NCBI GenBank assembly: GCA_051362555.1 | Contig: CM120649.1 | Coordinates: 1,612,001 to 1,676,000 of the forward strand | Direction: 5' to 3' | DNA length: 64,000 bases | Origin: Lingula anatina | Lineage: Eukaryota; Animalia; Brachiopoda | Shown: positions 41,112 to 55,809 of the stretch, piece after piece | Position numbering within the stretch: the first letter of the stretch is position 1 | Layout: each line of letters begins with the position of its first letter | The notes under the pieces: generated by a model | Seen by the model: the letters and a program-made list of their open reading frames with translations, nothing else | What the model was told of the DNA's origin: nothing | Databases searched by the model: none | Made by a program: the position numbers and the translations under genes

Positions 41112-42002
41112 CCCAGCAGGCAAATTATGTTGTTTTAACGTTGAAACAACGTTGAACCATAACGTTGAGTAGACATTGAATAAACGTTGGATTTGAAAGT
41201 TGTGTCAACCTCAGATAACAACGTTGTATCAACGTCAGAAAACAATGTTATATCAACCCCACCCAGTGGGACATTAGCCTGGATGTGTTTAGCAGTAGGA
41301 CATGTTTGATAGCTAAATATATGTAGGGTATAAATGTATCACCCTGAGCTTCAGAGATAACTTGACACTAACCTCTTCACTATAGCCTATCTTCATCGTG
41401 TCAAATTACCTCTGACCACATTCGATTGCCTCCGCCGCCCGCCAATCAAATTTAAAGCCCGCACTTAATGACTCATTGAACGATCTAGCCAATGAACGCG
41501 AACGAGTCAAAGCGCGCTTTGTTCAAATCCGGACCAATCAAAGATTAGGCTGAATATCAGGGACTTGCCGTAACCTGTGGGCAGCACGCAAAATACATCA
41601 TCCCTCAGTAGATAATTATGCAGGGCATCAAACTGCTCTGGTTTCAATTCCGATATATTCCATGCTTTCTTTGTGTACGGTTATGCACTCGGAACTACTC
41701 GGATGTCTCCGCACTCGACAATAACTATGTTGTTAGTATGGAGCTTGCGGAATCAGCCGAGGATTGCCGATTGACGGTCAACCAATCAGCGTTTTCACCA
41801 AACTTTGGTGAAAATTTTTGAAACATGGATTCGATTGGCTTATATAAACTAGGTCAAACTATTTTCGTCAGAGGTAACTTGACACGATGAAGATAGGCTA
41901 TAGTGAAGAGGTTAGTGTCAAGTTATCTCTGAAGCTCAGGGTGAAATGTATGGCCTTTAAGTTAGAATTTCCAAGATTTAGATTAATATATATAGTTCGT
42001 TT

Positions 42003-42068
<66 letters not shown>

Positions 42069-42529
42069 TCATCTTAACCTATCTATAATCTATAACATGT
42101 TACCAAGAACTGTTAACTCCATCACATTTACAGCAACTTATTCATCCTAGTATTAGCTGACCTTGCAAGCAATTCAGTTTATTGGAATGCATTTCTGAAT
42201 AACAAGTTAAGAAAATTCAATAGTTAACTAAAGACACAAAACAACTGTCAATTTTACTTTAAAACCATTTTGTTATTATTTTTATGAATTTATTTACAAT
42301 ATTAATAAACAAAGTATCACGTTTTCAATAATTAATATTTTAAATTACAATCCATAACTGCAAGGTTGTGTCATTGACCAAAATACAACGTTGAGTCAAC
42401 GTCACATTATGACGGTGTTTTGACGTGGCTGGATCAACGTTGATTTGACGTTGAATTTAGGTAGATCAACGGCAATTCAACGTATCAACCTGTTTTCAAC
42501 GTTGATCCAACGCAACTATGCCTGCTGGG
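41112..42529. mobile_element. Non-autonomous CACTA/EnSpm-like element
   Basis: TIR cccagcaggca / tgcctgctggg, subterminal caacgttg repeats, 2-bp TSD at; empty site at ~51710 in the next unit. Fragments of the same family lie at 46984-47029 (left end) and ~63420-63534 (right end). Confidence 0.88.
41340..41943. mobile_element. Young MITE with ~75-bp near-perfect TIRs and 8-bp TSD, nested in the CACTA-like element
   Basis: caccctgagcttcagagataacttgacac... / ...gtgtcaagttatctctgaagctcagggtg, with aaatgtat at 41332-41339 and 41944-41951. Confidence 0.92.
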
Positions 42530-45460
42530 ATTCCACTAACACATGTGTTAAACTGTTTTGGCATGGTTTAAGATAATTACCATTTTACTTAATCGGTTAA
42601 TATACTGGGACACGTTACCAAAATGAATTAACATAAAACCTACATGTTACGAGTTCAAAACAATTCATATCTGCAAATGGACAATGTTATCTGAACAACA
42701 TCATATAAACCAAAATTTATTTTGGAAAAAAATTAGCAATTGTCAAGATATAAACCACGTCTTCACTCCAATGATAGTGTCTTTTGTTACTGCAACTGTC
42801 ACTACTGTAATTTTGTCATTTTGGCAAATGTAAAAGTGAACATATTGTTTTGATTTGGTTCGTAGAAAGACATAGTCGTAAACAGTATGGTATATCAGAG
42901 GTCGTTAACAAGAAAATCGCTTTTTTTAGTCATATACTGGAAGAAAGTACATATTATCCAACGCGTCATGGGGTTTCCTTTATGTTTGACTTTGACGTCC
43001 TTTATCAAAGTAGCACTTAAAATAACTGGGTTATGCGAATAAAATAGCTCACGCTTACGAGCGAGAAAGAGGGAGAGAGAGGGAGAGAGAGACCAATGTC
43101 ACGGATAGAAGGATTTGTTTATTTACTCAGATTAAATCGTGTTTGATGACAAAGTCCAAATTCGCATCCAGTATAAACAATGCAGCTTAACAAGCAATTG
43201 TAATTTTTTCATATCATCCAAAGCGTCATACGGGTTTCCATTATTTTTAATTCCGACGGCCTGTATTAAAGTAGCACTGAAATCAACTGGGTGACGCAAA
43301 TAAAATAAAATAGCTAACTGGTATGAGATGCCTTCTTTAGTTTAATGTTTTGATTATTTTGGCTGTTATTCCATCACTGTGTCACACACACAGATACACA
43401 CATACACACGCACGCACACACACTTTACACACACATGACTAAGAGAGTTAAGCTAGCAAAGAGGGGGGTAAAAAAACTGATCAATGGCTGCCACGGATAG
43501 AAGGATATCAAATATTTGATTTAACTGAGCAATATACATATAATATTGCAATGCTGTTATAGACCTTAATGAACTCTGGTTGAATATTTTTGGCTATCTC
43601 TCACTATTTTGCCCCAATCCAGTAGTTGTTGTGGCGCACAGTCACAAACACACGAGAGAATTTCATTAGAAATCTTTATCGTAAGAACTGGGTCAATTCG
43701 ACGGGCAACATAATAATGAAAAAGGGTCAATTCGACGGGCAACATAATAATGAAAAAGACAAACAAATGGTTGGCTAGAGTCTCCTTTACCGCTTTACCT
43801 GAATACTAATATTTGCCAAGCTACGGGAGTGTTAATGGAAGTCACAACCTGTATGAATATTTTCTAGGTCAAATATAAAGTACACGTTTCATGCTGAACG
43901 AAAGAAGCCAATGAAAGACCGACAAATGGCGTGTCATAATAAACTGGGCATCCTATAGTCAAATAAGCACTATCGTGATTGGATAGTTTCTCATGTGCCA
44001 CTTAATTCACGAGATACACTGATGTCCCGGTGCTGGCTGTATATTATAACCAGGAAGTGAGGAGACGTTGCATTTCCTGACCCGACTTCGACGAGTAAAA
44101 AAGGAGGTAAGTTTTATGTTAACTGTGAAATATTCTGAGCGGTGCAATTCTGCAAATTTATGGTAATCCCCTGCACACACCAATTGTTGGCAACTAAGCA
44201 GTGACAACTCTCCCTGTGGTTCTGGAGGTGCTTCCTCTCAAATATGTTGTGTTCATGTTTGACCAGGAATCCAATGAACCTAAATACGAACAAAAAGTGA
44301 TTAAAACAGGAGATGATTACCTTGGTTCAAACTTTGAACGACCGCCTTTTGAATTCTAAGAAAGGAATAATGTCATTTCCCATTTGTTGAAACTATTTCA
44401 ATCATATTAAGAGCAAATTTTATATCAAGTGATTTCATCATACATTTATCGCTACAGACTATCAGGCAAATTGATTTGAAATTTATTGACATTGTACGGG
44501 CGTCCTAATGGACGCTTGTCGATCCTGCAGGTATGCTCTCCAAGTAAAATGGATTATATGCATATCTGCTGAACGAAAAACAGCTGGTATTTACAGAACC
44601 TGCGAATGAGTTGCAAAGTTGGTTTTAACAATATTTGGTCACTAAGATGAACACAATCTTGACTTGATAGGTCCCCATGTGTGTCACGATTATCACAAAG
44701 TACACAGTGACACTGGCAATCCATTCTTATGGTTTTAAAATGTAGTTGTCTGTATGAAACAAATGCATGTAACCACGCTCAAGGAATAGATATCCTTACT
44801 TTTTGTCCTGTGTCAGAACTTGGTCCAAAAGCACCAAAACCAGTTTTATTGCTATGGTTACATAGCTAATTTTTGGCCTATATTTTGAAAATCTTACAAT
44901 TGTTAGGTTTTGAAGCCTTATTAAAGACATTAAACCAAGTAATTATTTTTAAAAAGCCGATTCAGATAAACCGTAGTTTTAACTTTTTGTGGTACTTTTT
45001 GCATTATTAGATGTCCGATGTATCATTTGTCACTTGTATGCGAAGTGTTGTTAAAATTAACATTTTGACCAATTCTTAGAGAGTTTAGTCCCGGAAGTGG
45101 TCCCAGAAGTTTCAGATTTCCTCATAAGTGGGCCATAATAACTTTTTATTTATAGCAAGATGAATAAATCATTTAACGTTTTGTGAACAATGTTTATTTA
45201 TTGTTTTAAAGGGCCAATTTTAACTTTTTCCACATTTTAAATTTTGGAATGTATTTTATTGTGCAATATAACTCAATTAAATTTACAAATTATATATTTA
45301 ATTTGTCTTTAAAGTAGTTTTGAGGAAGTTTATGCTTTAAATTTGTATAAATGGTATGAAATACTGATATTTTCACAGATAGTTTGTATTCTCTCACCAA
45401 TAGTTCTTGTTAGATTTGGTATCTGGAATACAAATTACTGCCTGTACTGTAAGGTCTTCA

Positions 45461-45498
<38 letters not shown>

Positions 45499-45658
45499 GT
45501 TTCTACATTATATTCGTGTGTTTTAGTGACACACGCTCCGCAATTAGCAGTATCAAAGCACTCTTTTTACTTCAACTTTTTCATTTAGTTTTTATTTAAG
45601 GGAGGCAGCGTCCTTTAATTTTTCATTCGGTTCTTTCAATGACAGTTTATTTATCTAT

Positions 45659-45705
<47 letters not shown>

Positions 45706-46846
45706 TTATTGACTTACTTACTTATTGGTTGTTTATTTGTTGCCTGCAAAAAAGAGATCAATCATTTTTTTACAAGGTCGATGCCTTCTCTCTCCTCTCT
45801 TGGATCCTATCCCATCACAACGCAATGTTTGCCTTGACGGAAGTACAACTATAGCCTCGAAATCCACAAAAGTTTGGTCACCCCATAAAGTGAAGGAGGC
45901 ACTGCACAATTACACATAATATAATTATATTTGATTGTGTAGCTATTCAGGGGATGGTTTTCATTCTTGGAATATCAAAATGACAAAAACTGACATTTTT
46001 AGCGTTTGACACAAAAAATAAATAAATAAATAAAATAAATAAATAGATAAATAAATAAAAATAAAATGTTTATACTCAAATTATGTTGTTACATATTTTA
46101 CCATTGCGACTATCGTACTTTTCAATAAGTGATACTTGTTATCATGAGACTGACGCTATCACTGATACATTGGTGAGCTGTGCTCAGCTCCATAATAAAA
46201 CACGCTGAGTGAGGTCACGGTGTAACTAAATGCTTTGTGAAGTTAAGCATCAATATTGTGTAGAAAGTGAAAAGGTAAATCTTATGATTAAAATGTGCAT
46301 CAGTATATTATTTGTCTTACTATTATTATTATTTTGATTAAATAATATTCCATGAACAAAGTATTCTTCACGTGAAAACTTACAGCAAACAAAGAGTTTC
46401 TGATCAAAAAGCCCTGAAATCTCATGGCAGAGTTTCAGTTTCATCTTTTCTGTCACCTTTACCTAATGATTCCAGCTTATATAAGCTTCTAAGCTGAATG
46501 CGATGTTATTGTAACCAACACCCCACTCCGCAACCATGTTAAATTACATTGGAGACACTGTAAAATTGATAAATCGCTGGCACGCACAGGTAACTGCAAC
46601 GATTTTGGCATAAGGGTTCGGTCGTAAATTGCAATGCTCCCAAAAAAAGATAATATATTGTCGTGTCGCATTGTATGCGTGCCTCATAATCTGTGATGTT
46701 TTCAAAAAAGCATTCCTGAATTAGTTTTAAGATTGTCATACCTGTATGATGATGTTGAAATTTTACCACTTTCTTTTTCTGAACATCTTATTCTATTTCA
46801 GCATAGAAGTGCTATATAGAGTACTATATCCAACATCAACCAATCA

Positions 46847-49823
46847 ATGATGGGATTGTTGTTCTGCCCGAGCCTTGTTCTGGCCTTGATGGCGTGCGTC
46901 TTTCTCAGTCAACCTCAGCTGAGTCAAACTGGTCAGTGTGAAGAGACCAGCTCAACATCCAAGTTTATGTACAATAACATGTTCTCAGCGGGCAAATCAT
47001 GTTGTTTCAACGTTGAAACAGCGTTGAACTACCGTACATGTGTACAGCAAATATTGGAAAACATGTTTACTATTGCAACAATTGATGGCAGCACATATGT
47101 TTCATTTAATATAATGTTTCCATTATCAGTGTGTCTTTTAACAGGTGGGCATTTTGTACAAAATGAATTCCATAGATGTCAGTTACCCTGATTAGTAAAT
47201 GCTTAAAATATAAAAATTGAAATATGTAAACTGAAATAGCATGCGTAGCATTTTATAAACCTTAATTGTAATATCCTCATTTCAGGTTTGTGCGAATTCA
47301 GTAACTGCTTGAATGGTGCAACGTGTGCAGAAGATACTACAAATTCGAAAACCCGGTGCATTTGTCCCGAGGGATATAAAGGACCATCGTGCGAAATAGG
47401 TAAACCGTGCTTTTCTAATACTGTATATATTGTGTATCTCAGTATTGAAAGATAACAACAAATAGCTCTAAGTTGTGAATCATGCAGCAAAAGAAATTAC
47501 AAAACAAATTTACCAGCGCAAAAATTGATACCAGAAGATAGTAGCAAGAATCAGTAATAGACTTCTATAGACTGATAGACTGATACTAAGCCATATAGCT
47601 CTAGATTTCTGTTTATTAATTATAATGCAACTAAAATATTCAGGTGATACGGTGGACGTTATGAAAATGCGTCATGAAATAACGTCCATTAAGGCGGTTT
47701 AAAATTTCAAGTATCTTTTCAAATTACAGTATTTATTTGTTTTCAGCACAATGTGGGGAAAACGCCCAGTGCACTTACGCGCTGATTGATTTTCCAATGC
47801 CTGGGCACAATGACAACTGCGATTCATTAAGTAATGAACGTTGTGTTTGTAATGACGGTTACAGTGGGGATGGAATCAACTGCACTAGTAAGTCTTAGGC
47901 CGTATTCAGAACAGTGGAATAACTAGTCTGCTGGTCAAATGTGGCCGACCCACTTGAATACTTCCCCCTAATCTACGCAGTGTCTATTAGTGGATTGGAA
48001 GGTAGCGTTATTTGAACCATAGACTAATTAGTCCACTCTTCTTTGTCCCTCGGGACAAATGCACCAGGACAAATGCACCAGTTATTTTGGTACAGCAGAA
48101 GTTAGCTGAAATCATAACCTTAAAATAACCTAGGATCGACTCCCTCTCCCTCATGGACAGCCCAATCTACAGTTTCACAAAAGCTCTAAGTGCTCATGCA
48201 CACCCCTAGTGATAAGTATACCAAATTCCTTAAGTTTGAACTTTCTCAATCTAATGATCGAGGAAGAAAAAGCAGAAATTACGATATAGAAAAAGAAAAA
48301 ATAATAATATCAATCACCTCCGGGGACAGTCCAATCCCAAGTGTTACTAAATCTCAGTAATGCTCATGTACATCTTTGGCAAAAGATATTCTAATTACCA
48401 ATGTTTGAAATTTCTCAGCCTTTTTGTCTAGGAGACAACCGAACCAAGGGACAACCGAACCAAGGGACAGCCCAACCCCCTGTTGCAGTAAATTTCTGTG
48501 CAGGGATGCCCATGCACACTATTTAAGCTATCAAGAATACAATGTAAATATAAATAAGAATCCCCACCAACACTGACAAATCAAATCCCAGTTGAACTTA
48601 AATCTTCAGGTCTAATTATTCCCAAAGTTTAAACTTCCTTACCCTTATGGTCAAGGAGGAGTTAGCTGAAATTTCAAGTTAAAAAGAATTTGTTATCATC
48701 CAACTCCCAGGGACATGCCACCACACAATTCACTATGAAATTCCAAAGTCACCATGCACATGCTTCATAAAACAATAGGAAGGTCTACCATTACCGAAAT
48801 TTCCTCACTCTTGTGCTACAAGAGGGGATGGCAAAAATTACAATGTAAAGGGAATTAAGAATCAGAAGCAACTTCTTTTGTCTAAGAGGTGTGGGGATAA
48901 CAAGCAATCAATTTTGTCAAATGCAACGTTGTTTTGTCACTGATTACTATTTAACATAATGATAAGCCTGATAAAAATAATGAAATCTAAAAAAAGCAGT
49001 CTTACCCTGACCGTAACAATTTTAGGCCATTGTGGTAAATTATATCGACTTATCATAGACTGTGTTCCCATACATAGATCGATCCATCTGGATAACCGAC
49101 TTAAATATCTGTCATGCCTACCAAATCAGCTAGGGGGTAAGGATAAATACCCCCTTACAGCATTACTAGGCGTGACAGACATTTAAGCCGGCCAAGTTGA
49201 CAGTATTTTAGTGAGACTCTCTAGGGAGATAGATAGATCTAAATATCTGTGGGAATGGTCCCATAGTCAGCAATCAGATCTTTAGGAGTCTAAACTTAGA
49301 CCCATTGCGTTAAGATTTATTTATTTATTTATTCATTTATTTATTTTCCCCGCTCTTTGGTGACAAAATTCAAAGATATATTTTCCCGCCCGTCCGATAT
49401 TTTATGTTTTTGAGAGGACTTTTATTGTTTTTAATCGGCAAAATGGTAGATGCATTCTTGAATTAAAAAAAAAAAAATAATAAAAACATGTTCTGTGTTA
49501 TGATGATCAAAAACCTTTGAGTAACCTAAGAGTGCTAATAGGTAGTATTTTTTTTTGCTCCAGACATCTCACACGATGTCAATGAAAAACCAATTAAACT
49601 AGGCCGACTCTTAACAGTATGGGAAGTGCGGGGATGTGTGATGGCTACCCATTGTCGCCATCTAGTTGTGTATGAAACACGTCCCAGATAATTTGCTTCT
49701 TGTCTGGAGAAAACGATAGCCAATTCACAAGGGTACTTTTTAGAGTGAGAGAAAAAAAGGCGAGTTGAAGATTCTAATCAAGAGATAACAACACTCTAGC
49801 CAGTTGCAATATAGCATCTTTAT

Positions 49824-49900
<77 letters not shown>

Positions 49901-50951
49901 TTTTATTTTGAGTTTGGTTTATAAAAATAACTTTAGAAATTTGACGTCAGATAATGCCTATATCAACGGAATCTGATCAAACATTTGAGTAATGGAATAA
50001 ACATGCATGCATAACATTAAAATATGTACATAACATACAAGATTTATGTAAGTCTGTTCATTTAATATGGAAAAATGTGAAAGTACTTTAACACGTCAAA
50101 AGTTACAAGGAGCTCCAAAATAACATTGTTTCTATCATATTTATCATCACATTCATCTTATCATTTTTAATTAAGAAATAAACACTGAATTAATTTGCAA
50201 AAATGTTTATCAGCTTGGTAGCTGGATCATAAATGAAAATTATCAAACACAAGCCTAGAAAAATGGCTAACCGTTAGCTTTCCGTTGTGGGACAGGTAGA
50301 CAATATAAGACCAGGGTTAGTGGGGCGGATCCAGAGATATTTTCTGACAGTCTTCCAAAGTATATTTGCTGATTCATCGTCCATTTTTGACCGCCTTCCG
50401 ACAGAAAAAATTATAGCCATCAATATAAACTTGGAAATCTGACCGTCTTCCGGAAGACCCAGAAGACGGCCTCAATCCGCTCCTGATATAGACAATACCA
50501 GCTCTGTCATTTCTAAACATGTAATAAACACCGACCACAGTACTGACTGGAATTCAACCAAGATCCTTGAATCCGACTCGTCTGATATCCTACGTAAGAT
50601 ACAAGAGGCTATCAACATCAGCCGTCACCAGCCACCCATGAATAGGGTCGGGAAGGTCGATCTACCTGACATTTATAAGAGGGTCGTGGCCTCTATATAC
50701 TATAAAGTCAAACTTAAAATGATGACAGTGAGTATCAACATCTACGTACTCACGTCAGTCTGATGAAGGCCAACGTCCACGTTGGCCGAAAGCTAACAGT
50801 ATGAACGTTTTCTCGGCTTGTGTTTGATAATTTTCATTTAAGACTGAATAAATGTGTTTGTATATTACTGAATGCACAATGTGCTCTGATAAAAAACGGG
50901 GTCAAGGTGTCCATTAAACATATTTCTTTTCTTTCAGAATCGACGAAATAA
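46847..50951 (+). CDS. Secreted EGF-like protein paralog B (signal peptide + 2 EGF modules), 117 aa
   Basis: Exons 46847-46931, 47286-47399 (LCEFSNCLNGATCAEDTTNSKTRCICPEGYKGPSCEI), 47747-47887 (QCGENAQCTYALIDFPMPGHNDNCDSLSNERCVCNDGYSGDGINCT) and 50938-50951 (KSTK*); all introns phase 1. Confidence 0.9.
49826..49896. repeat. (TA)n microsatellite; others at ~42005-42065 and ~11672-11702
   Basis: Direct inspection. Confidence 0.95.
50331..50485. mobile_element. MITE (ggggcggatccagagata... family; inverted copy ending at ~27123)
   Basis: Ends ggggcggat / atccgctcctg. The left end matches the reverse complement of 27103-27123. Confidence 0.6.
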
Positions 50952-51181
50952 ACACCGGGAAAATGAAATAACAACCAAAAAAAAAAAAATGCAAGACAGG
51001 ATACACAGTTATTTGATTAATTTAAGAACCAACATTTTAATAAATATTCATTTGGACATTCATTGAAAATTATATATGAATCATGAAGTATTTTAATTGA
51101 TAATAAACTAATTTGGGCATTGCATTTGGTTCTTTATACTGCTCCACATTTTGCTGCTCCACATTTGTTTTGATATTTATG

Positions 51182-51219
<38 letters not shown>

Positions 51220-52232
51220 AGACAGAAATGGACATTGACGACGCCTTACGGTTACTGAGTTTTTTTTTTATGTTTTTTTTAATATTTCAATAACAAATAC
51301 CACATAACCAAACTCACCCGTTAGCCACAGCAGTCTCACAGCCAGCTGTAATTATTGGTCTATTTTATGGGTATCAGAACATGTTTCGTCAAAAAGCGAT
51401 TGCAGGGAGCTATCTATTTTATTGTAGTTCTAGAGGTAGTTTATACATCTGCATGTTCGGATCAACTCTGACAACGACTGTCAAACAAACCAAACCATTT
51501 TGCCGAATTATTATTTCACAAAACTTTATAAACTTCTCACATTGGTAATTCTTCTCTTTTCGACTAAATGCCCTTCAATATTGAGATATAGCTTAAAGAG
51601 CTTTTAGATACATATTTATTATATGTAATGAGGAAGTTTTTATATGACTAATTTGCTTTTTTTGCCATTTACAACTGCACTACAAACGTCTAACTAAAAA
51701 TGATGTACTATTCCACTTACATATTTGTTTAACTGTTTCGACATGATTTAAGATAATTACAATGTTACTTAATAGGTTAAGATAGTGAGACACGTTACCA
51801 AAATCAACTAACATAAAACCTACATGTTACATCTTGGAAAAAAAATAGCATTTGTCACTCTGATGATCGTGTCTTTTGTTACTGCATCTGCCGATACTGT
51901 AATTTTGTCAGTTTGTCAAATGTAAAAGTGAACATTTTTTTGGTTTTGATTTGGTTCGTGGAAAGACATGGTCGCCAAACAGTATGGTAAAGCAGAGTTC
52001 GTAAACAAATATCCCTTTTCTTTAGTCATATACTGGAAGAAAGTCGTATTATCCAACGCGTCATGCGGTTTCCATTATGTTTGACTATGACGTCCTTTAT
52101 CACAGTAGCACTTAAAATAACTGGTTGTTGCAAATAAAATAGCTCATTGGTGTGAGAAGAATACTTTTGTTTAATTTTTTGGCTATTATTCCAACAAATT
52201 CTCGCCATCACCTAGCTGTTTAGGGATGCACA

Positions 52233-54396
52233 CGGCTGTTTCAGGATCAGGGTGAACAATAAAATGTGGTTAATGTTACAAGTGTCTGATAAATTAATAA
52301 TTTATGATTGGAGATTGCTGATAGACTAATATCAAAGACACTGTTCATAGGAGCAAAATAAAAAAAAAAGAATTATAATAATCAGATTGTAGTGTATTAG
52401 CCTATGTATCGTTTACGCGTCACGCCAGGTGTCGCATGACACCTGGTACCATGTGACTTGACGCGGGAATCTTGAATGTAATAAAGCAGAACTCACAACA
52501 AGATTACAATTTACAAAAATATAGCCAATTATGTGTTCAAAAAGTACCCGTTTTTAGCTGTTACTGTGGGTCATTTGCAGTTAAGGTCATAAAGATGATG
52601 CACTAGCTCTTTATGTCAGTGATTTATGGTGAATATGATATTTGTATATAACTCCCACAACATCTGTCTTCTATTCTAGCAGGTTCATCCATAGATATGT
52701 TCTGAGAAAAAGAAATATTTTAACCATTTTGCAGAAACGGGCTTTGATACACATTTCACTTATTTTTGTTAATGCAATGAAAAACATATTTGATAAGGTC
52801 AAATATTACTTTGAAATCACCTACGTGATAATAAGATAAATTTACCTTAAACATAATAAAGGAGTTGTGCATATGTAACCATTATTATTAATGCTATGGT
52901 ATTTATAATCATGAGCCCCTTGGTGTCTCCTACTTTTTGTAGTGTCCGTACCCCCCCCCCCCCCCCCCTATCTGTTTTATTTAGGAATCACAGCATATTC
53001 TGTCTGATTTTATTATTCTATAATGTCTACACTGACATTTATTTTGCAGGAAATAAATAGCACATAACCCCTTATTATGAAAAGATATGCAATAATTTGG
53101 TGCCAAATGTAGTGTCCGTACCCCCACTGTAGTGTCCGTACCCCCAAGTTATACATTAACCATTGGATAACTAGCTACTTATCAATGATGATAAAACATC
53201 AAAATATGGTGCAAAATACTGTTTTAGACTATATAAAATGCATTCATGTCTTGTGATGTTTAAAAAAAACATTGTATATAAATATATATTCGATAAAGTG
53301 ATACTGATTAATTAGAGTCAGGCAAGAGATTTTGCAAAGAAATAATATCAGTAAAGATGCTACTCTTTGCATTCAAAATTAACAATATTGGTTTGAATGT
53401 ATTGCCAAATATAGCTAATTGCAAAATAATAAACTGTATATGGATTAATATTCTATGGATTAATGTATATAATATATTTTGAGGCGATATGAACACTTCA
53501 ATACATGCATAATTAACAGTACATTTATTATACTCTCAGTGAATGAAGTATCAAATATGGATGGCAATAAACAAAAAGCCAAATAGGGAAAGAAAAAATA
53601 ATTTGAAAAAAAAAAAGACGTCAAAGAGCTAATATCCGTAAAGATAATCTTGCTGTAGCAGGCAAGGAAGACGTTATACGTTAAATGCACGTAATATAGA
53701 AGAGAAGAAAAAAATGAAGAATCATCCTAGGCTGGCCCAGCAAAAAAGACTAAAGTAAAGAGAAGAAATTAGGGCATACTGACAGAGAGTTAAGGAGAAG
53801 CAGAAACCCAACAATCCTGAAAACAGTAGAACAAGAGGTGCAAATTAATGAGAGACGAAGAAGAAGAAAGGACTTCAAAAACAGGAATCAAGACTGAAAA
53901 AAAAAAAATGAATAATTAAAAAAGGTCAAGCAACAGAAAGAAAAGTTAAAATTAAAGTCTGGTGAATGAAAGTCACACTGAATGACACACAACCAAGCTC
54001 CAGCATCCGCTGAACAACGTGCTGTGGTGTTTCTCTAAAAAACTCTTTGATTAATACATGTACTTGTATCCTTTTGGTTAAAGTACTGCTGTTATATCTT
54101 TAGTTTGATATTTTTTAGAATTTTGGCAAAAATAACTGGTAAAAAATATTATATTTCAGTTACAAAAGCATCAGTTACTTGAATGTGTAGTGTCCGTACC
54201 TCCAGATCATAGTCTAAGGGGCGTTCTGTTAATTTGAGCGTAGCACAAAAAGTAATTAATATTGTGCTCTAAAAATTGTAGATATCATAGTTAAGATGTT
54301 ATTCTTTTTATCTTTTACAAAATTACACAAATGCATCAGAGTTCATTTTTCTCTCAATGTGACCCCTATTTTGTACCCCTGATTGTGAAACAGCTG
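52233..54396. mobile_element. ~2.2-kb degenerate DNA-transposon-like insertion specific to the B-C spacer
   Basis: Imperfect ~29-bp TIRs (cggctgtttcaggatcaggg / ccctgattgtgaaacagctg), four internal tgtagtgtccgtacc repeats, and absence from the A-B spacer. No intact transposase ORF. Confidence 0.7.
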
Positions 54397-54408
54397 ACAG
54401 CACACACA

Positions 54409-54457
<49 letters not shown>

Positions 54458-55809
54458 CATTCCAAGGATGGAAGGATTTGTTTATTTGTTTATTTACTCG
54501 TTTGTTTTATTTACTAAATCGTGTTTGATGACAAATTCCAAATTTGCATTCAGAATAAGCAATGCGACCTAACAAGCATCGCTTTTCATATAGTCATATG
54601 GTGGAAGTAATTTCATATCATCCAAAGCGTCATACGGGTTTCCATTATTTTTAATTCCTACGGCCTGTATCAAAGTAGCACTGAAATCAGCTGGGTGACG
54701 CAAATAAAATAAAATAGTTAACTGGTGTGAGATGCCTTCTTTAGTTTAATGTTTTGATTATTTTGGCTGTTATTCCATCACTGTGTCACACACGCACACA
54801 CACACACACACACACGGCAAAGAGAGTTGAGCTAGCAAAGATGAGAATAAAAGAACTGATCGATGACTGCCACGGATAGAAGGATATATAATATTTGATT
54901 TAACTGAGCAATACAAATATAATATTGCAATATAGACCTTAATGAACTCTGGTTGAATATTTTTGGCTATCTCTCACTATCTTTCCCCAATCCAGTAGTT
55001 TTTGTGGCGCACAGACACAAACACACGAGAGAGAGAGAGAGAGACTTAATTTCATCAGAAATCTTTATCGTAAGAACTGGGTCAATTCCACGGGCAACAT
55101 AACAATGAAAAAGACAAATTGTTGGCTAGAGTCTCATTTACCGCTTTACCTCAATATTAATATTTGCCAAGTTACGGGAGTGTTAATGGAAATCACGACC
55201 TGTATGAAGATTTTCTAGGTCAAATATAAAAATACACGCTTCATGCTGAACGAAAAAAGCCAATGAAAGACCGGCAAATGGCGTGTGATAATAAACTGGG
55301 TATCCTATAGTCAAATAAGCGCTATCGTGATTGGATAGTTTCTCATGTGCCACGTTATTCACGAGATACGCTGATGTCCCAGTGCTGGAAGTGAGGAGTG
55401 AGGAGACGTTGCATTTCCTGACCCGACTTCGACGAGAAAAAAGAAGGTAAGTTTTATGTTAACTGTGAAATATTCTGATCGGTGTAATTCTGCAAATTTA
55501 TGGTGATCCCCTGCACACACCAATTGTTGGCAACTAAGCAGTGACAACTCTCTCTGTGGTTCTGGAGGTGCTTCCTCTCAAATATGTGTTGTTCATGTTT
55601 GACCAGGAATCCAATGAACCTAAATACGAACAAAGAGTGATTAAAACAGGAGATGATTACCTTGGTTCAAACTTTGAACAACCGCCTTTTGAATTCTAAG
55701 AAAGGAATAATGTCATTTTCCATTTGTTGAAACTATTTCAATCATATAAAGTGCAAATTTTATTTCAAGTGATTTCATCATACATTTATCGCTACAGATT
55801 ATCAGACAA

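Noticed and set aside
51187-51218. Poly(A) run after paralog B suggesting retroposition
   Set aside because: The gene retains its introns, homology with unit A continues on both sides, and no TSD is evident.
53690-53960. Purine-rich, K/R-coding-like stretch as a possible transposase
   Set aside because: Multiple stops and no recognisable catalytic motif; kept only as part of the degenerate insertion.
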